Positions 17,527-25,882 of a stretch of DNA of 48,152 nt are shown one piece after another. The DNA is from a virus (Duplodnaviria > Caudoviricetes), in IMG/VR virus record IMGVR_UViG_3300010362_000028, positions 1-48,152 of that record. One strand, given 5' to 3'. The position numbers and the translations under genes were made by a program. The stretch's first letter is position 1; each line of letters begins with the position of its first letter. The notes beneath the pieces were generated by a model that ran no database searches, was not told the origin of the DNA, and saw only the letters and a list, made by a program, of their open reading frames with translations.

Positions 17527-18960
17527 TCACTCGGAAACAGTAGACTCATTGCTAGGAGCGCCATCACCTGCCGGCAGGTCAATTTCTGCCTGGCTCGCCA
17601 GATCACGCGCCACGCGATCCACCGCACTGCGATAAAAGTCCTGATGCTTCTCGATCCCGATGAACCGGCAGCCCAGCTGTGCAGCAGCAACCAAGGAACT
17701 TCCGCTTCCGGCGAAGGGGTCAAGTACGAGTTCACCCTTGACGGCGCTCGCTTCGATGAGGTGTCGCATGAGCGCGACGGGCTTCTCGACGCTGTGGATC
17801 TTCTTTGAGACGGTGTCATACTTAAGCACGTTGAACGGTTGGGGCTTGACCAGAACACGGCCGCGGTTCACCCAGAAGCACGGTTCGTAGGTATAGATCC
17901 AATTCCGTGTAGGATCCCCGATGCCCGTGGTCTGCTTAAGCCAGATGATGGGGGTCGCTTCGCACTCCCCGAAATGCCGCTTGAGCATTAGGTACACAGG
18001 TTCGTACCTAGTCATGTGGAAGAACACGTACGCATGTCCGTCAGGCTTCAACAGCCTAGCAGCGTGCATGAACGTTTCGTCTAGCATATCCATGACTGTC
18101 TTGGGGTCGTCATCGTACATGGCGCCCTGGTTCTCGGCAAACTTGCTGGAGCTGGTCGCTGTGCCTTCCCGATACAGCCCTATTCCGTACGGTGGGTCTG
18201 TGACGATGAGGTCGATGGAGTCGGCGGGGAGTCCGCGGAGGACATCTCGGGAATCGGCGTGATAGAAGATTCCGATACCTTTCCACACGGCTTTGCGGAT
18301 CGGTTGACGGACGAATATCGGAGCGTCGGTTTCTGTGGCTTCTTCCTCGGCATCGTCGTCATCTTCCGAGAACGCTCCATGGTCGATCTCCTGCTTGCGC
18401 TTCGCCAGCTCCGCACGAAGTGCGGTCTCCTTCATGCGCCTGAACCGCTTGAACGCGGAGGACTTTGTCTTTTCCTCCACGAGATCTGGGTATTCCTGGA
18501 GCGCCTTTGCTAACGCAAGATCCATGCTAATGGATCCGGTCGCACGATCAAGTTCCCTTGCCGCCTCCTCGATCCCGTACCCACCGTTCTCGCTTAGTGG
18601 GTTACCCTTCTCGCCGTACCGACTCTGCTTGGCCATGTACAGCCTGTAGAGCCCGACGACTTCCTCTTGCCACTCGAGATCCTTGCGCCGGATATTCTCC
18701 TCAAGCTCGAGTTCCTGTCGCACGATCGGATCCAGCGCCTCGCGGCGCAGGTACGGGATGTCGGGCCAGCCGAGATGCTTTGCTGCCAAGATGCGGCGGT
18801 GGCCCGCGATCAAATTGTTCTCCTCGTCGAGCACGATGGGCGTGAGCAATCCGAACCGTGCCAGTGACGCAGCGAGTCCCTCGATATCACCGAAGAACTT
18901 CCGCATGCGATGCTTCTCACCGATGTTGATGTCCGTGATGGCTATGCGTTCCTCAGGCAT
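17527..18960 (-). CDS. ParB-like domain fused to N6A/N4C DNA methyltransferase (beta order)
   Basis: LAASLARFGLLTPI...LIAGHRRILA...ENIRRKDL (ParB/Srx), then TDPPY, HSVEKP and VLDPFAGSGS. Confidence 0.88.
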   Translation of the reverse strand: MPEERIAITDINIGEKHRMRKFFGDIEGLAASLARFGLLTPIVLDEENNLIAGHRRILAAKHLGWPDIPYLRREALDPIVRQELELEENIRRKDLEWQEEVVGLYRLYMAKQSRYGEKGNPLSENGGYGIEEAARELDRATGSISMDLALAKALQEYPDLVEEKTKSSAFKRFRRMKETALRAELAKRKQEIDHGAFSEDDDDAEEEATETDAPIFVRQPIRKAVWKGIGIFYHADSRDVLRGLPADSIDLIVTDPPYGIGLYREGTATSSSKFAENQGAMYDDDPKTVMDMLDETFMHAARLLKPDGHAYVFFHMTRYEPVYLMLKRHFGECEATPIIWLKQTTGIGDPTRNWIYTYEPCFWVNRGRVLVKPQPFNVLKYDTVSKKIHSVEKPVALMRHLIEASAVKGELVLDPFAGSGSSLVAAAQLGCRFIGIEKHQDFYRSAVDRVARDLASQAEIDLPAGDGAPSNESTVSE

Positions 18961-19183
18961 TGTCGCGCTTCCTCTTGCTTTCCCAGGGCCGGGTCTCAAT
19001 GAGTTGGCCTAGGTGTTCTAGGGATCGGGTGAGCTGCGCGGGCGACGGGAACATATCCATCGCTTCTTCAATCCTATCCTCCTCGTCGTTCTCAACGATG
19101 GTTTTTAGGTGGTCAAGTGCGTCGGTCACTTCCACAAAAGTTGCTGCGATCTTCTCGATCTTCGAAAGGCATTTTTGGTTCAT
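18953..19183 (-). CDS. Hypothetical protein
   Basis: GAGGA RBS. Helical and acidic. Overlaps the MTase start. Confidence 0.55.
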   Translation of the reverse strand: MNQKCLSKIEKIAATFVEVTDALDHLKTIVENDEEDRIEEAMDMFPSPAQLTRSLEHLGQLIETRPWESKRKRDNA

Positions 19184-19200
19184 GGCTTCCTCGTCTAGTG

Positions 19201-19260
19201 GGCCGACGGCTCCCCGGGGAGGTCCCGACTGGGGGCAGCCGGTGTGGTGAGCCGCCGGCC
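19201..19260 (-). other. Intergenic RNA stem-loop
   Basis: On the minus transcript GGCCGGCGGCUC pairs with GAGCCGUCGGCC (12 bp, one G-U). Confidence 0.6.
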
Positions 19261-19271
19261 CTCAGGTTAGA

Positions 19272-19667
19272 CTACGCCTTGCTGTAAGGCGGAGTCACTT
19301 CGGCCCGGATCGCGCTCGGATCGGTGCGGTCCGGGGAGTGCTTGACGGTCACGTAGACCTCCTTGCCGAGGAAGTCATCGACATGGAAACCTTTCTCGGT
19401 GAAGGGAACCTGGGCAGCCTTCATGAACCGCTTGAGATTCCACATCGCGTTGGGATGGAAGCTCAGGGTGAGGAACAGGGTGCGCTTGAGGAACTTGTCC
19501 TCAACCTCGAGCGGAGCGAGGCGCACGTCGATGTATGGATACTCGCTCCCCTGCTTGTGTTGGCGCTGCGCCGACTTGACGCGGCACAGTTGGAGGCCAG
19601 CGGGAACAGGATCCCCGCCGTCGTCAACGTCCCCCAGGTTGATGTTGATGAAGTCTTCTTCCGCCAT
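19272..19667 (-). CDS. Single-stranded DNA-binding protein (DUF669-like)
   Basis: Acidic N-terminus, PVPAG...V.SA, WNLKRF..A, DDFLGK...V.VKH. Adjacent to the Sak4-like ATPase. GGAGG RBS. Confidence 0.7.
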   Translation of the reverse strand: MAEEDFININLGDVDDGGDPVPAGLQLCRVKSAQRQHKQGSEYPYIDVRLAPLEVEDKFLKRTLFLTLSFHPNAMWNLKRFMKAAQVPFTEKGFHVDDFLGKEVYVTVKHSPDRTDPSAIRAEVTPPYSKA

Positions 19668-19687
19668 GCTACTGCCTCCTTGGCACG

Positions 19688-19900
19688 CTACCGCGTGCCC
19701 GTTAGGGCCGGTGAACCGGCCGAGTCAACGTGTTCGATCCGTGCACCTGCTCGTATAAGGATGGCGATAGCGACGAGTGCTGGTAGAAAGAGGATCTTTC
19801 GCCGGAGTATCGGCGCTGCCTCAACCACTCTATCGCCACTGACAACAAAGCCAGCGCAATACGCAGGATGACTTGCTTGAAAAAGAAGTTCATCGCTCAC
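19688..19900 (-). CDS. Hypothetical protein
   Basis: GTGA-coupled start. CAGFVV...V.EAAPIL. Confidence 0.5.
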   Translation of the reverse strand: MSDELLFQASHPAYCAGFVVSGDRVVEAAPILRRKILFLPALVAIAILIRAGARIEHVDSAGSPALTGTR

Positions 19901-20673
19901 GCGAAGATCTCCGGACCGGCTAAGACCTCGGGGTCGAGGTTCCTTCCCGTACGTGCAGCTGCGCCATTGGCAGTCACAGTCTGGAGTTTGTACTTCCCGC
20001 TTCGTTCCCGTCCAGTGAGCCAGTAAGCCTCAGTGAAGAATCTGACAAGATTATCTCCCATCTGCCCTGCGACAGAAGGTCGTATAACGTCAAGCTTAGT
20101 ATCCTCATCAGTTCGACGCTTCTCGTGGCAGACGACGATTCGATCACAAGGCAGAGTGAGAAAACCATTTAGGTACTCCATCATCCCTGCGAGATAAATC
20201 CCCCACAGCCTCTCGGTCATAAACGAGACCCGATGCGTGTACATGAGCAGCCGGGTCCAGTGGTCGCCAACTGCCGTCAGAGTATCAAGCACGACACAAT
20301 CGTAATCGAGCCCCTGCTCGGTCCGCGCTTGCTTTAGTAACTCGTTTGTGACGCCTACGAGCTTCTCATAGCCCATGGGCTTCTTGCTAGGAATAGTGCC
20401 AGTCTTCACGTCCTTGGGATCCGGCGACCAGGGTATCTCGATCCGCTCAGGGTTCCCAAGAGGTTCGTCGGGCACCCACACGCTGATCGCGCCTTTGTTG
20501 GGCAGCCGGTCCATCTCGTGAATCTTTTGGTCCACGTCCAACCAGAGCTTCCGCTTGCTAGGGTGCATGGCTGCGAGGGTAGTCTTCCCACTACCTGGAG
20601 GCCCGTAGAACAAGTATGATCGCCCGACTCGTGGCGCGTCGGTCACGTGCCGGATGTTGTTCAATTCACTCAT
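19897..20673 (-). CDS. AAA_24 / Sak4-like recombination ATPase
   Basis: YGPPGSGKTT Walker A, VVLDTLT Walker B, VVCHE. Lies between the nuclease and SSB genes. Confidence 0.82.
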   Translation of the reverse strand: MSELNNIRHVTDAPRVGRSYLFYGPPGSGKTTLAAMHPSKRKLWLDVDQKIHEMDRLPNKGAISVWVPDEPLGNPERIEIPWSPDPKDVKTGTIPSKKPMGYEKLVGVTNELLKQARTEQGLDYDCVVLDTLTAVGDHWTRLLMYTHRVSFMTERLWGIYLAGMMEYLNGFLTLPCDRIVVCHEKRRTDEDTKLDVIRPSVAGQMGDNLVRFFTEAYWLTGRERSGKYKLQTVTANGAAARTGRNLDPEVLAGPEIFA

Positions 20674-21578
20674 TCTTCCTCCTTCCGTGGTTCCCACGGT
20701 TTCACTTCGTAAGCGCTCTGCTTGAGAGTCTCCCGAGTCTGGGCAGATGCGATACACAGTGGGTAATACTCGCAGACTCGGTTGTACGCTCCGCACGCGT
20801 AGGGTGCCGATTTGGACCACCAGCCTTGCTCGCGGCCCCTGAGGATTTGAGTCGCGAGGTGTTGGACCTCGGTTCGCCAGTTATCGAACTCCTCGGGGGT
20901 CCGGTATGTAAAGATGCGTGCGAAGCTGTTGTCGTCGATCTTAGTTGTTATGCGAAGGGAATTGGCCATTGCGGACGTTACCTCGCGGCCGATAAGGGCC
21001 TCAGCCCCTCGCATGTACCCGGTGAACTGACCACTGAGCTTGAAGCTGGCGTCGAACACGGCCCCGAAGCGGGAGGTGGTCTTGTGGTCGATAGTCATCG
21101 GGGTGCCTTCGTAGTCCACGATGAGATCGATCCGCCCGATATACTTGAAGCCGACTCCCTCGCTAGTGACGAACCAAATCTCGAAGGGTTTCTCGACCTC
21201 AAGCACCTTGAAAGGTTCGCGGCCATACTTGGAGAGATAGGTCACTAGCATCTCAAGGCCCCGATCGACGGTACGAATCTCCCGCATTTCCTCGGGATCA
21301 TCGCTGTAGTTGGCGAGAAAGAGGGCGCTGATACGAGGGATCTCGCGGCCCTTACAGTAGAAGCACCCTTGTTCACAGAGTGGGCACTTCACCTTCTCGA
21401 AGGCGGTGCCGCGGTAGAGGGACTCTAGGGCCTTGTGGATCGCTCCACCGAACATGATAGCCGAGTCGCGCTTACGGTCTACCGGGACTAGGTGTTCTTC
21501 GTAACGATAGGCGTACTTCTGCGGGCAGAGATGGAACGCTTCGATCTTGCTGGAATCGAGCCAGAACTCGTCCCCCAT
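20670..21578 (-). CDS. PD-(D/E)XK exonuclease (AddB/Cas4-like)
   Basis: SKIEAF..CP, FGGAIH, VE..F, GRIDL, DHKT, Q..GY, C-terminal C.....C....C, and an extra CPLC..GCFYC insert. Confidence 0.85.
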   Translation of the reverse strand: MGDEFWLDSSKIEAFHLCPQKYAYRYEEHLVPVDRKRDSAIMFGGAIHKALESLYRGTAFEKVKCPLCEQGCFYCKGREIPRISALFLANYSDDPEEMREIRTVDRGLEMLVTYLSKYGREPFKVLEVEKPFEIWFVTSEGVGFKYIGRIDLIVDYEGTPMTIDHKTTSRFGAVFDASFKLSGQFTGYMRGAEALIGREVTSAMANSLRITTKIDDNSFARIFTYRTPEEFDNWRTEVQHLATQILRGREQGWWSKSAPYACGAYNRVCEYYPLCIASAQTRETLKQSAYEVKPWEPRKEEE

Positions 21579-21600
21579 GATTCACCTCCCCAGGTGGTTG

Positions 21601-21864
21601 TCATTCATCACCCATTAGTTCGCGCATTTGGTCGATGTTGTCGTTCATGTCCTCGACACACTCAGCGCAAATGTTCCCGAGTGTGGTGGTAAGAACGATG
21701 GGCGCTGCCTTGTTGCAAGCGTCGCAAACCTCAGCTTCGGTCTTGTTCAATCGAACGTAGAGTTGGGACGCGAGCCACTGCATGTCGAGGTACGGTAGTT
21801 CGACGTGGCCAGACCAGTCGAGTAGTTCGATCTCCCGCAGTATGCGTCGTGCGGTGAGAGACAT
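21601..21864 (-). CDS. Hypothetical Zn-finger protein
   Basis: CDAC...CAEC. Confidence 0.55.
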   Translation of the reverse strand: MSLTARRILREIELLDWSGHVELPYLDMQWLASQLYVRLNKTEAEVCDACNKAAPIVLTTTLGNICAECVEDMNDNIDQMRELMGDE

Positions 21865-21865
21865 C

Positions 21866-22039
21866 TCAGTCTCCGAACAGATCGTCCCGCCAGGTACGCT
21901 TGGCCGGATCTTTAGGTGGCTTCTTTTCATCGAGTCGCTTCGGCTGCTTGGGCGTCTTTGTGGGAATACGGACCGCTTGTAGTTCTGTGATAGCTGATAT
22001 CAGTTCCTCGTAGCTCATTTGATCGACGGTCTTGCCCAT
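21866..22039 (-). CDS. Hypothetical protein
   Basis: GAGGG RBS. Lys/Pro-rich. Confidence 0.5.
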   Translation of the reverse strand: MGKTVDQMSYEELISAITELQAVRIPTKTPKQPKRLDEKKPPKDPAKRTWRDDLFGD

Positions 22040-22152
22040 CCGTAGGTCCCTCTCAAGCCTCCTGTATAGGTGGAGTTCAGCGGACGTGGTCCCATAGGGG
22101 CGGGGACCGTTATTCGTTTTCCAGAGGATCATAGTCCCCGCCCCCGCTTAGG

Positions 22153-22443
22153 TCAGAGCCCTAGGGACTCGAGGTACTGAGCCCGCTTGCGCTCGCGAGG
22201 CTCGGTCTCGGACTCCTTCTGGAGCTTGGAGCGCTCGACGCCCTGGAGGTACACGACATGGGCATTGATGAAGCGACGGAACACGGCCTTCTCACCGAGC
22301 AGCGCCACGGCGTCCCCAATAGACGCGGGCAGTTCTGCCTGGAAGTCCTGCTCGTTCTTGTCATCACCCTTGCCGGTGCTGACCTTGAGAGTGACGGCCT
22401 TGACCTTTGCTTCGTGCTTTGCGGGAACAACAATATCCGCCAT
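22153..22443 (-). CDS. Hypothetical protein (first gene of the replication operon)
   Basis: Strong AGGAGAGG RBS before ATG 22443. GC-rich codon usage like other phage genes. Confidence 0.6.
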   Translation of the reverse strand: MADIVVPAKHEAKVKAVTLKVSTGKGDDKNEQDFQAELPASIGDAVALLGEKAVFRRFINAHVVYLQGVERSKLQKESETEPRERKRAQYLESLGL

Positions 22444-22662
22444 GTGTCCTCTCCTTCTTCTAGCGTGGATCAATTGATGGGTTTTGCGATCCACGACTAC
22501 TAAATTGTTGAGGTTGTTATTGAACGGATCTTCGTGTACTAGTTCGTAATTCTTGAGCCTCCTTCCCAGATATATCTCGATAAGTTTTCTGGCTGCTATG
22601 TGGCCGTAGGCTGTTGCGGTGCCGCCTGTTATCGTGTCCTTAAATTTTCCTTTTAAATTCAA
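22444..22662 (-). pseudogene. Degenerate HNH homing endonuclease remnant, in frame with the downstream gene
   Basis: AT-rich segment encoding LGRRL..YELVHEDPFNNNLNNL....H...H, which lacks part of the usual VHH.D motif. Confidence 0.55.
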
Positions 22663-22690
22663 AAGGCGACTCCCTGACGATGTAGGTCAA

Positions 22691-22707
22691 TGCAAACGGA
22701 GTGCCAA
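22691..22707 (-). promoter_or_regulatory. sigma54 (-24/-12) promoter of the replication operon
   Basis: The minus strand reads TTGGCAC-TCCGT-TTGCA with exact GG-N10-GC spacing. Intergenic. Confidence 0.75.
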
Positions 22708-22722
22708 TGTCAATTTTACAAT

Positions 22723-23130
22723 TCACCTCAAGGTCCTGGTATTGACAAGGCTGCATTGTGCACGTAACAATCCCTTGAGCTTCTTTAGTAAGGGAAAGAG
22801 GACCGCATTTCCGGTTATGTTTGGGTCAACAGATATTTCGGGAGTTAGCTGAAATTCCGACCAGAGAAGGTGGCCCATGGGAATACGCTTCGTAACCACG
22901 CGGGCGCCCGTCGGTACTTTGATGTTGAGCTCAATCTGTTCTATGATCTCGCGCCTGGTTGCATCTAGCTCGAGCTGGACCTCGGGTCCAACTAGAAAGC
23001 AGATGAGCTGCGCGATATTGAACATCTCGACCTGGGCGGCATGGAAATGACGTATTACTTCTGGCGTCCTACCGTTTCTAGGTAGGTGGCCATGCTTTCC
23101 GCGTAGTTCGCGGAAGCGTGCGATTGCCAT
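22723..23130 (-). CDS. Hypothetical protein (start uncertain)
   Basis: Open frame filling the gap between the structured region and the sigma54 promoter. Confidence 0.45.
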   Translation of the reverse strand: MAIARFRELRGKHGHLPRNGRTPEVIRHFHAAQVEMFNIAQLICFLVGPEVQLELDATRREIIEQIELNIKVPTGARVVTKRIPMGHLLWSEFQLTPEISVDPNITGNAVLFPLLKKLKGLLRAQCSLVNTRTLR

Positions 23131-23159
23131 GTCAAGTATCATGCTGTCTTGAGAACCCC

Positions 23160-23420
23160 CCTTCTGCATCAGAACGCAGCTTGGCGCTGTGGGTCGTTGA
23201 CCCAACAAGAAAGTTTGGGGCACGCCTCGACGTCGGGCGCGGTCAGACGCCCGAGTCGGTTGGCTGTCCCGTGGCTACTTCAATCTGTGAAGGAGAATGA
23301 AAGAGGCTAACATGAAACTACCTCATTACGTTGAGGTCCGCCGTTCTCATTTTCAACCTTGTTTATATGCACCGGATGAGACGCCGGTTTAGGGCAACTG
23401 CCCAGGGCGCGGTTCGCCCT
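23160..23420 (-). ncRNA. Candidate structured non-coding RNA / leader
   Basis: At least six short perfect hairpins in 260 nt with no convincing gene. No family recognised. Confidence 0.35.
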
Positions 23421-23941
23421 TAGATCTTCTGGTACAATTTCTTGCTGTCCAGTGCCGCGGCACCGCTCGGTGACAAGCGACCGCGGGGATCGATCAGTCC
23501 CCGATACACGCAGACTGCACGCGCAACTGCCATCGTGGACCGATCGAAGGCATCTTCCTGCGATAGGAGCACTGCGATTTCCTCGGGCGAGAGTCGCCAG
23601 CCATTGGAGTAGGACCAGGAGTGTGCTCGTGCCCTTGCGGGGCAGAGGAACACCAGCAGGTCACGACGCCGGCCCCGCATCACGGGAAGGGCCGCGAGTG
23701 CTGTGTTAACGTCGAGCTTGATACGCTTGCCCTCTCTCAGGGCGTGGTTGCGGTAGAAGGTGTAAGGCTCCTGGGAGATGTCGAGCAGTCGGAAGCGGAG
23801 CCTCGAGACTCCCGACAGGTTGCTAGCGTTGATGGTCACGTCGGGCGTCGGGACCAGCCAGACGAATCGGCCTTGGTAGCCGATCCGCCGGCTGATCTCG
23901 CGCATCACGTCTTGCCTCCTATAGACGGAAGCTGAGTCCAT
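23420..23941 (-). CDS. Hypothetical protein
   Basis: Arg-rich ORF in the minus-strand early cluster. Confidence 0.55.
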   Translation of the reverse strand: MDSASVYRRQDVMREISRRIGYQGRFVWLVPTPDVTINASNLSGVSRLRFRLLDISQEPYTFYRNHALREGKRIKLDVNTALAALPVMRGRRRDLLVFLCPARARAHSWSYSNGWRLSPEEIAVLLSQEDAFDRSTMAVARAVCVYRGLIDPRGRLSPSGAAALDSKKLYQKI

Positions 23942-23942
23942 G

Positions 23943-24293
23943 TTAGACGAGCCTGCCTCCGGACTTGGTGATGACCAGGCTTGCGAAGTGAACCAACAAC
24001 TCAAGGCATCCTGTTGCACTCTCGTGTGGCATCTCGTGACATGCTACCATGTGTTCCACGAACTCGGCCGTGGACTTGGCTGTCGGTCCGATAATACCCT
24101 TGTCTTTGCGGATCGTGGCCCACCAGCAGCCGATGAAGTGATACAACAGGTTACCCATCGAATCCGACTTCTCTCTGTCATCGACGAAGTTAAGCTCGTC
24201 GATCACCTGGGCTGCCGCCTCGATGCACCACTCGTGGAACGGCTCGACATGTAACCAGTTGTCATCGAACGGAATGTGGCAGAAGTCCTGCAT
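23943..24293 (-). CDS. Hypothetical protein
   Basis: AGGAGG RBS. Confidence 0.55.
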   Translation of the reverse strand: MQDFCHIPFDDNWLHVEPFHEWCIEAAAQVIDELNFVDDREKSDSMGNLLYHFIGCWWATIRKDKGIIGPTAKSTAEFVEHMVACHEMPHESATGCLELLVHFASLVITKSGGRLV

Positions 24294-24302
24294 CACACCT
24301 CC

Positions 24303-24539
24303 TTACTCGCAGATTGTCTGGAGGTCAGCCATGATTGCGTTGTAGATAGTCTCACGATCCTCTGCGCTTAGTTGCGTGATCTCTGCCTCCTCCTGGGGGT
24401 CGAAGACCTTGTACCTGAACTCGATCGTATCGTGTTCGTCTTCCAGGTCCCCGTCACGCACGTAGTGGTCTAGGAGCAGGACCACGACCTGTCGCGCGCC
24501 GAGCATTATCTCGAGTTCGAAGGACACGTAAAATCCCAT
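24303..24539 (-). CDS. Hypothetical acidic protein
   Basis: Abuts both neighbours. Acidic. Confidence 0.55.
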   Translation of the reverse strand: MGFYVSFELEIMLGARQVVVLLLDHYVRDGDLEDEHDTIEFRYKVFDPQEEAEITQLSAEDRETIYNAIMADLQTICE

Positions 24540-24725
24540 CTACGAGCGCGAGTGGGTCTTCGTGTAGCTGACCTGGCCCTTGTCAATCCGAAGGGTCCAC
24601 CCACACTTCTCGTTGTAACAGACCCACGCTTTGTACTTGACGGAGCCCCCGTGATCCCCGCCGTAGTCTGATAGCGGGAGCAAGATCCCGGACTTGCAGT
24701 TAGGACAATTGATAAACGTCTCCAT
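24540..24725 (-). CDS. Zn-ribbon protein
   Basis: CPNC...WVCYNEKCG. Strong GGAGGAGAGG RBS. Confidence 0.65.
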   Translation of the reverse strand: METFINCPNCKSGILLPLSDYGGDHGGSVKYKAWVCYNEKCGWTLRIDKGQVSYTKTHSRS

Positions 24726-24740
24726 CTTCCTCTCCTCCTC

Positions 24741-25094
24741 CTACTTCAGTAGATCGTCAAGATCTTGCTTGAACTTGAGGGTGATCTCGCCCACCGCCCC
24801 ACCCCGCCCCCTCCTCCCCCCACCACCTTGGCTGGTGAGGGGGAGACGTGGGGTCCCCGTCTCCGATCGAGGGGCCGCTGCCTGTTCGAACGCCAGTTCC
24901 CGCGGCCCATGGTACGGGATGTACTCGCCGTCGTGCCGAATGAGCGGCGCGACGAGGTTGATCGCTTGCACCAGCAGCTGGTCGATCTCAGCGAGCTGGC
25001 CCCGCAGAGACTCTTGCTCTACGGGGCGCGCTCGGAGATCCGCTAGTGCTGTGTTAAGGAAGTGACTTACTGCTACTAGCGGAGCGTGTGGCAT
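24741..25094 (-). CDS. Hypothetical protein
   Basis: ORF in the early cluster. Contains repeat copy B. Confidence 0.5.
   Translation of the reverse strand: MPHAPLVAVSHFLNTALADLRARPVEQESLRGQLAEIDQLLVQAINLVAPLIRHDGEYIPYHGPRELAFEQAAAPRSETGTPRLPLTSQGGGGRRGRGGAVGEITLKFKQDLDDLLK
24790..24856 (-). repeat. Dispersed C-rich/CCTCACCAGCC/G-tract element, copy B
   Basis: Minus strand CCCCACGTCTCCCCCTCACCAGCCAAGG followed by GGGGGG/GGGGG/GGGG/GGGG tracts. Confidence 0.65.
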
Positions 25095-25097
25095 GGT

Positions 25098-25313
25098 TCA
25101 CCACTTGGGCCTGGGGCCCTGGGTCTTGCGGAGCATGTTCAGTAGCTCCCGATCGGTCTTGCTGAAGGGCTCGTCCCCGCGGCGCTCCTCAAGGGCTAGC
25201 TCGTAGCCCATGTCGTACTCGCGCTGCAGGATGGGGTCGCTCCACTTGTAGCGTTTGAGGCCCTCGAGCCCGTGGTGGTATCCTAGCTTCCGATGTTCGT
25301 CGTATAGCCCCAT
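25098..25313 (-). CDS. Hypothetical protein
   Basis: GGAGG RBS. GY..G...Y..GY pattern. Confidence 0.55.
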   Translation of the reverse strand: MGLYDEHRKLGYHHGLEGLKRYKWSDPILQREYDMGYELALEERRGDEPFSKTDRELLNMLRKTQGPRPKW

Positions 25314-25322
25314 CTCACCTCC

Positions 25323-25454
25323 TCACGGCAACGTGCCAGTGATGGCCCAGATCATGAGCGTGATGAACGCTGCCCAGGCCACGAACTCAGTCACGAACTC
25401 GAAGACCTGGCCGTGGCGTTCGTGCTGCCAGAACCACTTGTACCTGGGCGTCAT
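25323..25454 (-). CDS. Small membrane protein
   Basis: ATGA-coupled. C-terminal hydrophobic helix FVAWAAFITLMIWAI. Confidence 0.45.
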   Translation of the reverse strand: MTPRYKWFWQHERHGQVFEFVTEFVAWAAFITLMIWAITGTLP

Positions 25455-25882
25455 TCCATCTCCTCGATGGTCCACCCACGCTTCTCGAACCTCTCGCGGA
25501 TGGGCGCCCAGTCCGCGCCGATGAAATCGGGCCTGAAGCACGACTTGTCGCTTGTGCCCGCAGCCACGATCACATGGTCGCTGTTCACGTGGACCTGCAT
25601 CGTTTGCCCGTTAGGTGCCGTAGTCACGACGTAGGTGGTCCATCCACTGTTGTCGTTCATGTTATACATCTCCTCCCAACACGTGGGGCATGTGCCAGTG
25701 ATGAACAACTCCCGGAGGTCCGGGGAGAGTTCGGGCATTGCATCCTGGATCATGTGGCCAGCCATCCAGCTGTCGAAGCGGTCCTGGTGAATGGGAACGT
25801 CCACCTGGACAGGGCACCAGCGGCAGTTGATTTGCGCGTACACATGGCCTTCCTTGGTAACGAGGTTGATGTCTGTGATCAT
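25451..25882 (-). CDS. Hypothetical protein with CxxC pairs
   Basis: CRWC and IQDAMPELS...RELFITGTCPTCW. Confidence 0.6.
   Translation of the reverse strand: MITDINLVTKEGHVYAQINCRWCPVQVDVPIHQDRFDSWMAGHMIQDAMPELSPDLRELFITGTCPTCWEEMYNMNDNSGWTTYVVTTAPNGQTMQVHVNSDHVIVAAGTSDKSCFRPDFIGADWAPIRERFEKRGWTIEEME

Noticed and set aside
17527-18960. ParB as a plasmid-prophage partition system
   Set aside because: It is fused to a methyltransferase, and no ParA or parS array was recognised.
20670-21578. Cas4-like nuclease as a sign of CRISPR
   Set aside because: There is no repeat-spacer array or other cas gene. The context is a nuclease-Sak4-SSB recombination module.
22742-22771. Plus-strand TTGACA...TAACAA as a sigma70 promoter
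   Set aside because: The -10 is weak and it points antisense into the early cluster with no gene to serve. It cannot be excluded as an antisense promoter.
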